A DNA stretch of 64,000 bases, taken from assembly GCA_945871905.1 (NCBI GenBank), contig CAMBXL010000006.1, positions 34,033-98,032 of the forward strand, given 5' to 3'. The translations under genes were made by a program, and so were the position numbers. This DNA is from Chitinophaga pinensis (GTDB lineage Bacteria > Bacteroidota > Bacteroidia > NS11-12g > UBA955). The notes under the pieces are model-generated. The model did no database searches. It was not told where the DNA came from and saw nothing but the letters and a program-made list of their open reading frames with translations. Position 1 is the stretch's first letter; each line of letters begins with the position of its first letter. This document shows, piece by piece, positions 50,211-60,164 of this stretch.

Positions 50211-50304
50211 AAATATACAGAGCAAACCTAAGCTTTATTCATTGAATATTCAATGAAAGTTTTATTGATAAAATGTGGATGTGTATTGAATAGAGTGCAT
50301 TATT

Positions 50305-52920
50305 TTGCGTAAAGTTTTGAGTACAAAAAAGAACGACAATCCCACCCCTTTGATGAAACAGTATTTTGGGTTCAAGCAAAAGTACCCAGGAGCCTTGTTA
50401 TTATTCAGAGTAGGTGATTTTTATGAAACCTTTGGTGAAGATGCAATTGTGGCCTCTAAGGTGCTAGGTATTGTATTAACCAAAAGAGGAAGTGGCAGTG
50501 CAAGTGAAATTGAATTGGCTGGTTTTCCACACCATTCTCTCGATACCTATTTACCCAAATTGGTAAGAGCAGGTCACCGTGTAGCAATATGCGACCAACT
50601 CGAAGATCCTAAAATGGCAAAGGGGATTGTTAAACGTGGTGTTACTGAATTGGTTACTCCTGGCGTGGTTTTTAATGACAAGGTTTTAGACACCCATACT
50701 AGCAATTATTTGGCTGCCGTTTATTTCGAAAATCAAACAGTAGCTTGTTCTTTTTTGGACATCTCAACAGGGGAGTTTTTGGTTGCCGAAGGTCATGCCG
50801 ATTATATCGAAAAACTTCTCAATAGCCTCAGACCGTCTGAGGTTATTATTAGCAAAAAACAAATTGAACAATTTAAAACCCTAAGCCAAGATAAATTCTA
50901 TCAATTTGCTATTGATGATTGGGTTTTTCAATTCGATTATTGTAATGAAAAGTTGTTGAATCATTTCGGCACTACAACGCTTAAAGGTTTTGGAATAGGA
51001 CATTTAAAAGCAGCTATTGTTGCGGCAGGAAGTGCGCTATATTATTTGGAACACAATCAGCAAAACAATATTGGACATATAAATTCTATAAGTAGAATTG
51101 ACGAAGAAAAATATGTGTGGTTTGACCAATTTACCATCAGAAATCTCGAAATTTTATATCCTAGCTATCCCGGCGGAAAAAGTTTGATAGATATTTTGGA
51201 TTTAACCCGAACTCCTATGGGAAGTAGGTTGCTTAAAAAATGGGTGGTATTGCCTCTGAAGGATTTACACGAAATTAATCAAAGATTAAATACTGTTGAA
51301 ATATTGATTAATAATGATGAATCTCTGCAACAGTTCAGTGACTTGTTAACCCAATGTGGTGATGTTGAAAGAATAATTTCCAAAATCTCATTGATGAGAG
51401 CAAATCCAAGAGAAATATTACAACTTGGAAAAGCGCTTGACTGTGTTTTGAAAATTAAAAACATTAGCTCTCAACTTACGGGCACAGAAATGCAGGTATT
51501 TGCTGAACAACTGAACCCATGTACACTGCTTAAGGATAAAATATTTAAAGAATTAAAAACAGATGCACCAGCATTGGTTAATAAAGGGGGTGTTATAAAT
51601 GAAGGAGTTGATGCCGAGTTAGATGAAATAAGAGGGCTGCAAACCAATGGCAAAGAAAAACTATTAGAAATTCAAAAAAGGGAAATTGAGCGAACGGGAA
51701 TTAGTTCCTTAAAAATTGCGTTTAATTCGGTGTTTGGCTATTATTTGGAGGTAACCAATACACACAAAGACAAAGTGCCCGAAGATTGGATTAGAAAGCA
51801 AACTCTTACCAATGCAGAAAGATACATTACAGAGGAGCTTAAAGAGTATGAAGATAAAATTTTAAGTGCAGAATCTAAGTTATTAGAAATAGAAACCCGC
51901 TTGTATAATGAACTTTTACAACACATGGTTTCTTACGTTTCGGCTATTCAGTTAAATAGTCATCTACTAGCCAAATTAGATTGCTTACTAAGCTTTGCAC
52001 AATTGGCTATTGCTAATCAATATTCTAAACCTATTATCAACGATACTTTCGATTTAAACCTTATTGGTTGCAGACATCCTGTTATTGAAAAACAACTGGG
52101 TTTTGACAAAACATACATTCCCAACAATGTTGAACTTAAGCAAGAAACCCAAAGAATTATTATATTAACTGGTCCTAACATGAGTGGTAAAAGTGCCATT
52201 TTAAGACAAACTGCATTGGCAGTATTGATGGGGCAAATAGGTTGTTATGTGGCTGCAGAACAAGCGACTTTTGGTTGGGTTGATAGAATTTATACTAGGG
52301 TAGGGGCAAGCGATAATATTTCGGGAGGCGAAAGTACGTTTATGGTGGAAATGATAGAAACCGCCGGAATATTAAATAATATAAGCAAAAGAAGTTTGAT
52401 ATTGTTAGACGAAATAGGAAGAGGTACTAGCACTTTTGATGGCGTTTCTTTGGCTTGGGCAATAGCTGAGTATTTGGGCAAACATCCTGAAATGCCTAAA
52501 ACCATTTTTGCAACCCATTATCACGAGTTAAACGAATTGGAAAAAAACATAGAGGGAATTGTTAATTATCATATTTCTGTTCAGGAAACTAAGGACAATG
52601 TGATATTTTTAAGAAAATTAGTAAAAGGAGGAAGTGAACACAGTTTTGGAATACACGTAGCCCGCATGGCAGGAGTTCCCAAAACAGTGGTAAGTAGGGC
52701 AGAACAAATATTGATTGAGTTAGAGAAAGACCGTTCGCAAATAAGCGGAAGAGAAACTTTAAAATCGATGAAAGTACCCCAATATCAACTCACTATGTTT
52801 GGTGTAAGTGACCCCAAATTAGAGGCATTACATCAAAAAATTCAAAACCTAGAACTCAATGCCATGACTCCGATTGATGCCTTAATGAAATTGCAGGAAT
52901 TAAAAGGGATGGTGGAATAG
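50305..52920 (+). CDS. mutS: DNA mismatch repair protein MutS
   Basis: TPLMKQY, FRVGDFYE, TGPNMSGKS, DEIGRGTST, FATHYHEL. Confidence 0.98.
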   Translation: MRKVLSTKKNDNPTPLMKQYFGFKQKYPGALLLFRVGDFYETFGEDAIVASKVLGIVLTKRGSGSASEIELAGFPHHSLDTYLPKLVRAGHRVAICDQLEDPKMAKGIVKRGVTELVTPGVVFNDKVLDTHTSNYLAAVYFENQTVACSFLDISTGEFLVAEGHADYIEKLLNSLRPSEVIISKKQIEQFKTLSQDKFYQFAIDDWVFQFDYCNEKLLNHFGTTTLKGFGIGHLKAAIVAAGSALYYLEHNQQNNIGHINSISRIDEEKYVWFDQFTIRNLEILYPSYPGGKSLIDILDLTRTPMGSRLLKKWVVLPLKDLHEINQRLNTVEILINNDESLQQFSDLLTQCGDVERIISKISLMRANPREILQLGKALDCVLKIKNISSQLTGTEMQVFAEQLNPCTLLKDKIFKELKTDAPALVNKGGVINEGVDAELDEIRGLQTNGKEKLLEIQKREIERTGISSLKIAFNSVFGYYLEVTNTHKDKVPEDWIRKQTLTNAERYITEELKEYEDKILSAESKLLEIETRLYNELLQHMVSYVSAIQLNSHLLAKLDCLLSFAQLAIANQYSKPIINDTFDLNLIGCRHPVIEKQLGFDKTYIPNNVELKQETQRIIILTGPNMSGKSAILRQTALAVLMGQIGCYVAAEQATFGWVDRIYTRVGASDNISGGESTFMVEMIETAGILNNISKRSLILLDEIGRGTSTFDGVSLAWAIAEYLGKHPEMPKTIFATHYHELNELEKNIEGIVNYHISVQETKDNVIFLRKLVKGGSEHSFGIHVARMAGVPKTVVSRAEQILIELEKDRSQISGRETLKSMKVPQYQLTMFGVSDPKLEALHQKIQNLELNAMTPIDALMKLQELKGMVE

Positions 52921-52942
52921 GTTATCTTGGGTCTTGATTAAT

Positions 52943-53116
52943 TGTTTCACGCCCTTTAGCGTGATTGTTAAATTGTTAAATTAAGCCGTTGTTGGTCTTG
53001 GCTTAGCCGAGACCAACGACAAGTAAAGAAAATTGAGTTGTTGGTTTCGGCTAAGCCGAGTCAAACAACAGCACAAAATTGTTAAATGTTGCATGGTTTC
53101 ACACCCTTCAGCGTGA
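52943..53116 (-). repeat. Small repeat cluster: two C modules flanking an inverted pair of GTTGTTGGT...CAAC hairpins
   Basis: C modules 52943-52969 and 53096-53116; hairpins 52988-53020 and 53037-53069. Confidence 0.85.
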
Positions 53117-53431
53117 GGCTATACTTAGGTTCTCTAAGGTAGGAAAAGAGATGTAAAAAGTGTAATTCTCGAAAAGCAAAGCCCAAACATGCCACATAAA
53201 AAGAATTAGCTCCCTATAAGATTAGGGTGAAGACTTGGTTTTATTTTTCAATAGCTATAAAATTTATATCGACAATATTGTCTTAATTATATTATAAAAG
53301 ATATAAAAATAATTAAAATGTATACAATTATAGTATTAATAATATAAAATAGTAAAAATGTTGTAAAAATATATGGATAAACATATAATTTATGATAAAA
53401 ATTAGTATATTTGTAGGCTATTTAATATAAA

Positions 53432-53668
53432 ATGAAGGCAAATAACTATACATCTATTGCACTATTTGTTAAAAAAAAACGAAAAGAAACGAAACTGACC
53501 CAAGTAGAACTTGCTACAAAGGCGGGTGTAGGTTTGAATTTTGTTAGAGATTTAGAGCAAAATAAAAAAAAAACATTAAGGGTAGATAAAGTCAATGATG
53601 TGTTAATACTTTTTGGTCACGAGTTAGCTCCCACACCAATAGACAGAGAAAAATTAATTAACAGATGA
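53432..53668 (+). CDS. XRE HTH regulator (y4mF/HipB-like)
   Basis: LTQVELATKAGVGLNFVRDLEQ...LRVDKVNDVLILFG. Confidence 0.88.
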   Translation: MKANNYTSIALFVKKKRKETKLTQVELATKAGVGLNFVRDLEQNKKKTLRVDKVNDVLILFGHELAPTPIDREKLINR

Positions 53669-53991
53669 CAATTTTGAGAAAAGGTGCAGTATATATTCAT
53701 CAAGAATTGGCTGGTTTTGTTCAAGAAACGGAATTGGGTTATGAATTTAGATACACAGATGATTATTTAAACCAATCCAAACCTTTGCCTATCAGCAACA
53801 CATTGCCAATTAATACACAAATCTATTCGTCAAAGGTACTTTTCCCTTTTTTTGATGGATTGATACCTGAGGGATGGTTGCTTGACATAGCTCAAACAAA
53901 TTGGAAACTAAACCATTCCGATAGAATGGGATTATTACTTGCATGCTGCAAAGATTGCATAGGCGCTGTAAGTATTGTTGAGATAAAATAG
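53665..53991 (+). CDS. HipA N-terminal-domain protein (HipS-like)
   Basis: ISNTLP, LFPFFDGLIPEGWL, DCIGAVS. Confidence 0.88.
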   Translation: MTILRKGAVYIHQELAGFVQETELGYEFRYTDDYLNQSKPLPISNTLPINTQIYSSKVLFPFFDGLIPEGWLLDIAQTNWKLNHSDRMGLLLACCKDCIGAVSIVEIK

Positions 53992-54013
53992 AGGAATTTT
54001 AAAGTTCCAAGAA

Positions 54014-55051
54014 ATGAAAAATTTTAAAAAGAAATACCTAGAAGAAAAAGCACGTAGATTGTCTGTCAATCAAGTGGAAGAAACGCGTGTTGATTTTTTG
54101 GTCCCAAATAAGTGTTTGTACTGTTATGAACCATTAGACAACAAAAAAAGTGATTTTCACGAGGCGTGTAACAGAAAAATATTCGCACAAGCGGAAACAC
54201 CTTTACTTTCTTATTCAAAAGAACAATTGGAAAGTCTAGCTAAAAAAATAATACACAGTCAAATGGCTGTTACTGGGGTGCAAGCAAAGGTATCCTTGAG
54301 TATACATAGAAAAGAGGAGTTGAATCAAGTCAAAAAACTAACAATAGTGGGTTTGTATGGCGATTACATATTAAAACCACCTTCTGTTCATTATGAACAA
54401 TTGCCAGAGAATGAGCATCTGACCATGAAGTTGGCACATTTATGTGGTTTAAAAACAGTGCCTCACAGCTTGGTGCGATTGAAAGACAATACTTTATGTT
54501 ATATCACTAAAAGAATAGACCGACACAAAATGGGCAAGTTTCACATGGAAGATATGTGCCAACTCACAGAAAGATTGACCGAAGATAAATACAAAGGAAG
54601 TCATGAACAAGTGGCAAAAACCATCCTAAAATATTCATCAAATCCTTTACTAGATGTAAGCAATTTTTACGAATTGGTATTGTTTTGTTTTTTTACGGGC
54701 AATGCAGACATGCACCTAAAGAATTTCTCTTTATTGGGAGATGCTATGGGTAATTATTCCTTGTCTCCTGCTTACGATTTACTTAATACAGCATTGGTAA
54801 TACAGTCAGACAAAGAAGAATTGGCTTTAACTTTGAATGGCAAAAAAAGTAAGTTAAAATACAATGATTTCTTGGTGGCTTACGAAACCACTGGATTAAA
54901 CAAAAAAGTATTGGATAATACCTTAGAAAATTTTAAATATTGTTTATTTGAGTTTGAAAATTTGATAAACAAAAGCTTTTTGAGCGATGAATACAAACAA
55001 GGCTATTTGGATTTAATAAAAGACAGATACAAAAGGTTTGGATTGCTTTGA
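54014..55051 (+). CDS. HipA C-terminal kinase-domain protein (HipT-like)
   Basis: CLYCY, VTGVQAK, YILKP, ENEHLTM, GNADMHLKNF, LSPAYD. Confidence 0.9.
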   Translation: MKNFKKKYLEEKARRLSVNQVEETRVDFLVPNKCLYCYEPLDNKKSDFHEACNRKIFAQAETPLLSYSKEQLESLAKKIIHSQMAVTGVQAKVSLSIHRKEELNQVKKLTIVGLYGDYILKPPSVHYEQLPENEHLTMKLAHLCGLKTVPHSLVRLKDNTLCYITKRIDRHKMGKFHMEDMCQLTERLTEDKYKGSHEQVAKTILKYSSNPLLDVSNFYELVLFCFFTGNADMHLKNFSLLGDAMGNYSLSPAYDLLNTALVIQSDKEELALTLNGKKSKLKYNDFLVAYETTGLNKKVLDNTLENFKYCLFEFENLINKSFLSDEYKQGYLDLIKDRYKRFGLL

Positions 55052-55295
55052 TAGTGATAAAATGTTCAAGGACATTTATATCAATGAAGAATTCATAAAG
55101 GGATTTTTTTAATTTCCCTCTATTTAAGGATGTTATTTGATGGATTTTTAAAACTTTTCCAAAATCATTAATCGTTGATATTACAGAGCGTAGCCATTTT
55201 TAATTACTTAAAAACGGTTATAAATGGTTAAAATTTTTTATTGGTAATTGAGTACCCCAACTTTGCACCATCAATTATTTAAAAATTTGTATATT

Positions 55296-55637
55296 ATGAA
55301 CAATTTAAGAAATCGTGTTTTATTAATCGGCCGATTAGGGGCACAACCAGAAACCAAAACTTTAGCTAACGGAAGCACATTAACCCGTTTTAACTTAGCC
55401 ACCTCCGAGTCATACAAAAATGACAAAGGAGAGCGTATTACAGACACCCAATGGCACAACATTACCACTTGGGGTAAAGTAGCTGAACTTGCAGCACAAT
55501 TGCTAGACAAAGGCAAAGAAGTTGTTGTAGAAGGAAAACTAGTAAGCAGAGCTTACACAGACAAAGATGGTGTAAAACGCTATGTTACCGAAATCGTTGC
55601 AAACGACCTTTTATTGGTGGGTGCTAAGGCACAATAA
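55296..55637 (+). CDS. ssb: Single-stranded DNA-binding protein, short form without acidic tail
   Basis: NRVLLIGRLG, LATSE, TQWHNI, VEGKL..R.Y...G.KRYVTEI; ATG at 55296. Confidence 0.92.
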   Translation: MNNLRNRVLLIGRLGAQPETKTLANGSTLTRFNLATSESYKNDKGERITDTQWHNITTWGKVAELAAQLLDKGKEVVVEGKLVSRAYTDKDGVKRYVTEIVANDLLLVGAKAQ

Positions 55638-55656
55638 ATCTACATTACTTTTGTTG

Positions 55657-55691
55657 AAAAAGGGCTGTTCATTGACGAATAGCCCTTTTTT
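55657..55691. terminator. Bidirectional terminator between convergent genes
   Basis: AAAAAGGGCTGTTC-ATTGAC-GAATAGCCCTTTTTT. Confidence 0.82.
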
Positions 55692-56964
55692 ATTTTAAAG
55701 ACAGTATCTTAGAACCAATTTTGCAATTCAAACACAATTTCAAATCGCAATTATTTTGCTTTAGTTCAATCAATGCTTGTGAATCAAATGCGGTGCGTGA
55801 ATGAATGCCATATTGCGACCAATTGGTAATAATCTGATTGCTTTCTGAGGGCAATTGATGCAGAATATTTAAAGCTTTCTGACTGATGCTTTCGTTGCTT
55901 AACTGTTGCCCATACACAAACAACACAGGTACTACACTATTGATTAAAACAGATTGCATACTTGAAACAGATAAATCTGTGCTGTGAGCCTTGCTTTCTT
56001 TCCCAAAAACATAATGGGTTTGCCAATATTCACTTCCAGGTGATTTAAAGAAATTCAGAATTTTTTTAACATCGGTTTCTTCTATCACTTGACTCAACAA
56101 ATGATGACTGTTAAAAATCAGTTTTGAAAACTGCGCCAAACGCATAGTAGGTAAATTGCCCGGACGCATTCTCATTTGTTTAAAAACCGATTTTTCCATG
56201 GCTTTTAAATGGTATTTCTTTGACAAAAATTGCCATTCTTTTCGGAGTGTTTCGTGGTAGGTGCAGTCTATTTTTTCGGTTAAATAACCTGCTACCCCAA
56301 ATATCAAACTTTCTATTTGTAATAAATTGGATTGATGCTTTGCAATGATAGTAATAGGTAACGAAAAAGCCAATTGTTCAAAGGCATTGCCATTAATTCC
56401 AAAGCCAAAACAACGGGCTATGGATACATAAAAAACAGTATGCCAATCATTGTTTGATTGCTGTAATAAGCCCTTTACCCAATTAGTTTTTCGTTCTAAT
56501 CTTTCTATGGATTTTCGCTCTAATACTTGACTAATTGTAAATTGATCTATCAAAGGAAGTCGTTTGGCGCACGAAACCCAATCTTGATTCCCTTTAAGAA
56601 AATCGTAATGTTGAAGCAATGAGGTCTGAATTTTATTTTCCAAAGCTATACAAGGCAATAGGCTGCCATCATTGCGAAAACAGTCCATGTCATCTTTTAG
56701 AACTACATGTAAAATAGTGTTGTTATAGGCAGGGTTGTCTTGGTGCTTGTGTGTGTTCCATAAGTGAGAATGGGTGTGTAATTCAACATTACCAATCCAT
56801 AAAGTATCGTCTATTTTAACATGTGCATTCAAAAAGTCGGGACCGGCATTGGTATTCAGATTACCACGCTTAAAAATATCTACTTTTTGTCCTTTACTGG
56901 TTTTGAGTTCGAAAGAATTAAACAATCCTGTCTGCCAAATAAATTGAAATAATTCTTCGTTCAT
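55690..56964 (-). CDS. DUF2851-family protein
   Basis: MNEELFQFIW, AGPDF.NA, GNVELH, H.H..NPAYNNTILHVV, RP.N.PT.RLAQ, C-terminal CLNC.IG. Confidence 0.8.
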   Translation of the reverse strand: MNEELFQFIWQTGLFNSFELKTSKGQKVDIFKRGNLNTNAGPDFLNAHVKIDDTLWIGNVELHTHSHLWNTHKHQDNPAYNNTILHVVLKDDMDCFRNDGSLLPCIALENKIQTSLLQHYDFLKGNQDWVSCAKRLPLIDQFTISQVLERKSIERLERKTNWVKGLLQQSNNDWHTVFYVSIARCFGFGINGNAFEQLAFSLPITIIAKHQSNLLQIESLIFGVAGYLTEKIDCTYHETLRKEWQFLSKKYHLKAMEKSVFKQMRMRPGNLPTMRLAQFSKLIFNSHHLLSQVIEETDVKKILNFFKSPGSEYWQTHYVFGKESKAHSTDLSVSSMQSVLINSVVPVLFVYGQQLSNESISQKALNILHQLPSESNQIITNWSQYGIHSRTAFDSQALIELKQNNCDLKLCLNCKIGSKILSLK

Positions 56965-57137
56965 TTGTTAAACTTCAAATATAAAAAAAATTAAGGAAAT
57001 TGTACCATGCATTGATAAAAGTTTTCTTAATCTGTAATGACATGTTAATCAATTAGAAAATATTAAAAAATGATAAACTGTGTAATAAAAAATGGTGTTC
57101 AATTCTGATTTTCGGAAAATTAACTTAACTTTGTGAT

Positions 57138-57494
57138 GTGGCAAATTTGTTTGATACCTTAACTCGCAATCAAAGAAAACCTAGAGGTTTTAAGTATAAG
57201 CCTATTTATTTTGATGCAGAAAAAGCAGAATTTAAAGCTTATGTTGAAAAACTTAGGGCAGAAAGAGATGCCACAGACAAAGGGCTTTATCGTCCCAATT
57301 ATAAAGGAAAATTTACTTCACAAATTGGCAAAAAATCTGGCTATCAAAAACAAATGTTGTTTTACAATTTACGTTTGTTGTTTATCTTAATTGGGTTGGT
57401 AGTAGGTGCTTATTACTTATACAATACTGGTTTGTTCAATACTGCTGTCAATAAATTCCTGAATCTTTTTAGCAATAAAGATGGATTGTATTAA
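57138..57494 (+). CDS. Small membrane-anchored hypothetical protein preceding mutL
   Basis: KPRGFKYKPIYFD followed by one TM helix; TAACTTTG promoter immediately upstream. Confidence 0.7.
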   Translation: MANLFDTLTRNQRKPRGFKYKPIYFDAEKAEFKAYVEKLRAERDATDKGLYRPNYKGKFTSQIGKKSGYQKQMLFYNLRLLFILIGLVVGAYYLYNTGLFNTAVNKFLNLFSNKDGLY

Positions 57495-59295
57495 ACTATT
57501 ACCTGACAACATTGCCAATCAAATTGCAGCAGGTGAAGTAGTTCAAAGACCTGCCTCTGCCGTTAAGGAGCTTTTGGAAAATGCACTAGATGCTAAAGCA
57601 ACAGAAATTAAAGTCAATATAAAAGAGGGAGGTTCCACTCTTATTCAAGTCATAGACAATGGGGTAGGAATGAGTGTAACAGATGCTCGTATGTGTTGGG
57701 AACGCCATGCCACTTCCAAAATAAGTCAAGCAGATGATTTGTTTAGTTTAAAAAGTTTTGGTTTTCGTGGTGAAGCTCTAGCTTCTATTGCCGCCATTGC
57801 ACATGTGGAAATGAAAACCAAACGCAAGGAAGACGAAGTAGGTACTCATATAAAAATAGAAGGCAGTAAAGTGATAGATCAAAGTCCAATTGCGGTTGCT
57901 AATGGAACCCAATTTGCTATTAAAAACTTGTTTTATAATGTCCCTGCACGAAGAAATTTCTTGAAAAGTGTTGCCGTTGAAATGCGCCACATTATTGATG
58001 AGTTTATTCGTGTCGCTATTCCTCATCATTCCATTTCTTTTAGTTTATTTCACAATGAAAAAGAAGTTTTTTCTTTGAAACCAACTTCACCTATTCAACG
58101 GATTGCTGATATATTAGGCAAAAAAAATACGAATGGATTTTTGGTAGTGGATGAAACACACGATTTGATAAATGTTAAAGGTTATGTGGGCGAACCCGAA
58201 ATGGCCAAAAGAACACGTGGGGAACAGTTTCTCTTTGTCAACAACCGTTTTATAAAGGATTCTTATATCAACCATGCTATTGTTAATGCTTATGATCAAC
58301 TTATAGCCAAAGACCAATTTCCTTTTTATGTTTTATTTTTAGAGCTCGACCCTTCGCACATTGACATCAATATTCATCCTACCAAAACAGAAATTAAGTT
58401 TGATGATGAACGCTCTATTTACACATTGGTAAAGTCAGCCATTCGCAAAGCCCTTAACAATTATACGGCATTACCCGAGTTGGATTTTAACAAAGGAGAT
58501 GGTTTGGATGCTTTTTCTTTTAAACCACCTACTCATTTTTCAAGTTCTGCACCTGAGCCAAAAATAAATAAAGGATTTAATCCTTTTAAAACAGAAGAAA
58601 TGGATTCATTCAAAATGGTCCAAAACCAACAGTGGCATCAACTATTCGAAAACAGTTTTATCGAGAAAAATACGACTCAAAATCAAGAGGAAGCCATTCA
58701 ACATACTTTAATAAAAGACGAACAAGACTACAGAAATTCTGATTGTTTGATTTTACAAAGTGGTCATATCGTAAGTACCCTAAATGAGGCTTTGATAGTT
58801 ATTGACCAAAGGGCGGCACATGAGCGTATTTTATTCGAGAAATATTGCGCCAATATCATTTACCGTTCTGCTGCTGTTCAACAACTTTTATTTCCTAGAA
58901 CCATTCAATTAAGTCCTCCTGACTATGCCATGGTTCACGAGCTTTTGGATGATATTAAGGACTTGGGTTTTGATGTTGCCGATTTTGGGTCTAATTGTTT
59001 AATCATCAATGGGGTTCCTGCCGAAACCATTAAAGGGACCGAAAAAGAACTCCTTGAAAGTTTAATAGAAAGTTATAAAAACAACAGCACCCGTTTTACT
59101 GGTGACAAACGCCAATCGTTGGCACTGGCATTGGCACAAAATGAAGCTATTTTTAGAACACAAACCATCAATAAAGAGGAAGCACAAGACTTAATCGAAA
59201 GGTTATTTAAGTGTGAACAACCAAGTACAAGACCTAATGGCAAACCTGTTTATGTAGAACTCTCAAACTCAAATATCCTAGATTTTTTCAAATAA
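57481..59295 (+). CDS. mutL: DNA mismatch repair endonuclease MutL
   Basis: NQIAAGEVVQRP, DNGVGM, HATSK, GFRGEALASI, DQRAAHERILFE. Confidence 0.98.
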   Translation: MDCIKLLPDNIANQIAAGEVVQRPASAVKELLENALDAKATEIKVNIKEGGSTLIQVIDNGVGMSVTDARMCWERHATSKISQADDLFSLKSFGFRGEALASIAAIAHVEMKTKRKEDEVGTHIKIEGSKVIDQSPIAVANGTQFAIKNLFYNVPARRNFLKSVAVEMRHIIDEFIRVAIPHHSISFSLFHNEKEVFSLKPTSPIQRIADILGKKNTNGFLVVDETHDLINVKGYVGEPEMAKRTRGEQFLFVNNRFIKDSYINHAIVNAYDQLIAKDQFPFYVLFLELDPSHIDINIHPTKTEIKFDDERSIYTLVKSAIRKALNNYTALPELDFNKGDGLDAFSFKPPTHFSSSAPEPKINKGFNPFKTEEMDSFKMVQNQQWHQLFENSFIEKNTTQNQEEAIQHTLIKDEQDYRNSDCLILQSGHIVSTLNEALIVIDQRAAHERILFEKYCANIIYRSAAVQQLLFPRTIQLSPPDYAMVHELLDDIKDLGFDVADFGSNCLIINGVPAETIKGTEKELLESLIESYKNNSTRFTGDKRQSLALALAQNEAIFRTQTINKEEAQDLIERLFKCEQPSTRPNGKPVYVELSNSNILDFFK

Positions 59296-59305
59296 AAAAG
59301 CAGAC

Positions 59306-60046
59306 ATGAATCGATTATTTATTACACCCGTTATTAAACAAATTGTTATTGGTTGCGTGATTTTTTTTATAGGTGGCTTATTGTTGGAAAACAGACAAAT
59401 AGACCTTAAAGAGTATCTTGCACTTCATTATATAAAGGCCGATTTATTTCGACCTTGGCAGTTTATCAGTCACATGTTTATGCATGGTGGTCTTACCCAT
59501 TTATTGTTCAACATGCTTGCATTGATAACCATTGGAGGAACGATTGAGAATTTTTTGGGAGGAAAAAAATTCATAACCCTCTATTTTGTGTCAGGGTTAG
59601 GAGCTGTGGCCATTCACATGCTTTCACAATGGATTGAATTATATCATTTAACAGGCATTTGGATACCTAGTCCCGATATTTTTGACATTGAGTTAATGGA
59701 TGAGAAAACCATTAGATACAATACTGAATTTGTTAAAGAGGGTGCCAATATAAATACTATTGCAGGTATATTATTTACCAAAGTAGTAGGGGCAAGTGGT
59801 GCTATTTACGGAGTTGTTACTGCCTTTGCTTACTTGTTTCCCAATACCCAATTAATGATTATGTTTATTCCTTATCCAATTAAGGCTAAGTATCTAATTC
59901 CAGGATTTATAGCCCTTGATTTATTTTTGGGAATCAGTAATTTTGGGTGGGACCCCATTGCCCATTTTGCTCACATAGGTGGTGCTATATTTGGTTTTGC
60001 ATTGGTTTACTATTGGCGTAAGTTCGACAAAACAAACTTTTATTAA
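59306..60046 (+). CDS. Rhomboid intramembrane serine protease
   Basis: PWQ..SHMFMHGG..HLLFNM, GASGA, AHFAHIGGA. Confidence 0.93.
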   Translation: MNRLFITPVIKQIVIGCVIFFIGGLLLENRQIDLKEYLALHYIKADLFRPWQFISHMFMHGGLTHLLFNMLALITIGGTIENFLGGKKFITLYFVSGLGAVAIHMLSQWIELYHLTGIWIPSPDIFDIELMDEKTIRYNTEFVKEGANINTIAGILFTKVVGASGAIYGVVTAFAYLFPNTQLMIMFIPYPIKAKYLIPGFIALDLFLGISNFGWDPIAHFAHIGGAIFGFALVYYWRKFDKTNFY

Positions 60047-60164
60047 ACAATTATAACGGCCTTATATTTATTCAATTACTCCACAAAAAAGTGACATTAT
60101 CGTCACAAAAAAATAAGTTTTTAGTACCATATTATTTATAAAATTCATATTAATTTTGAACCGC

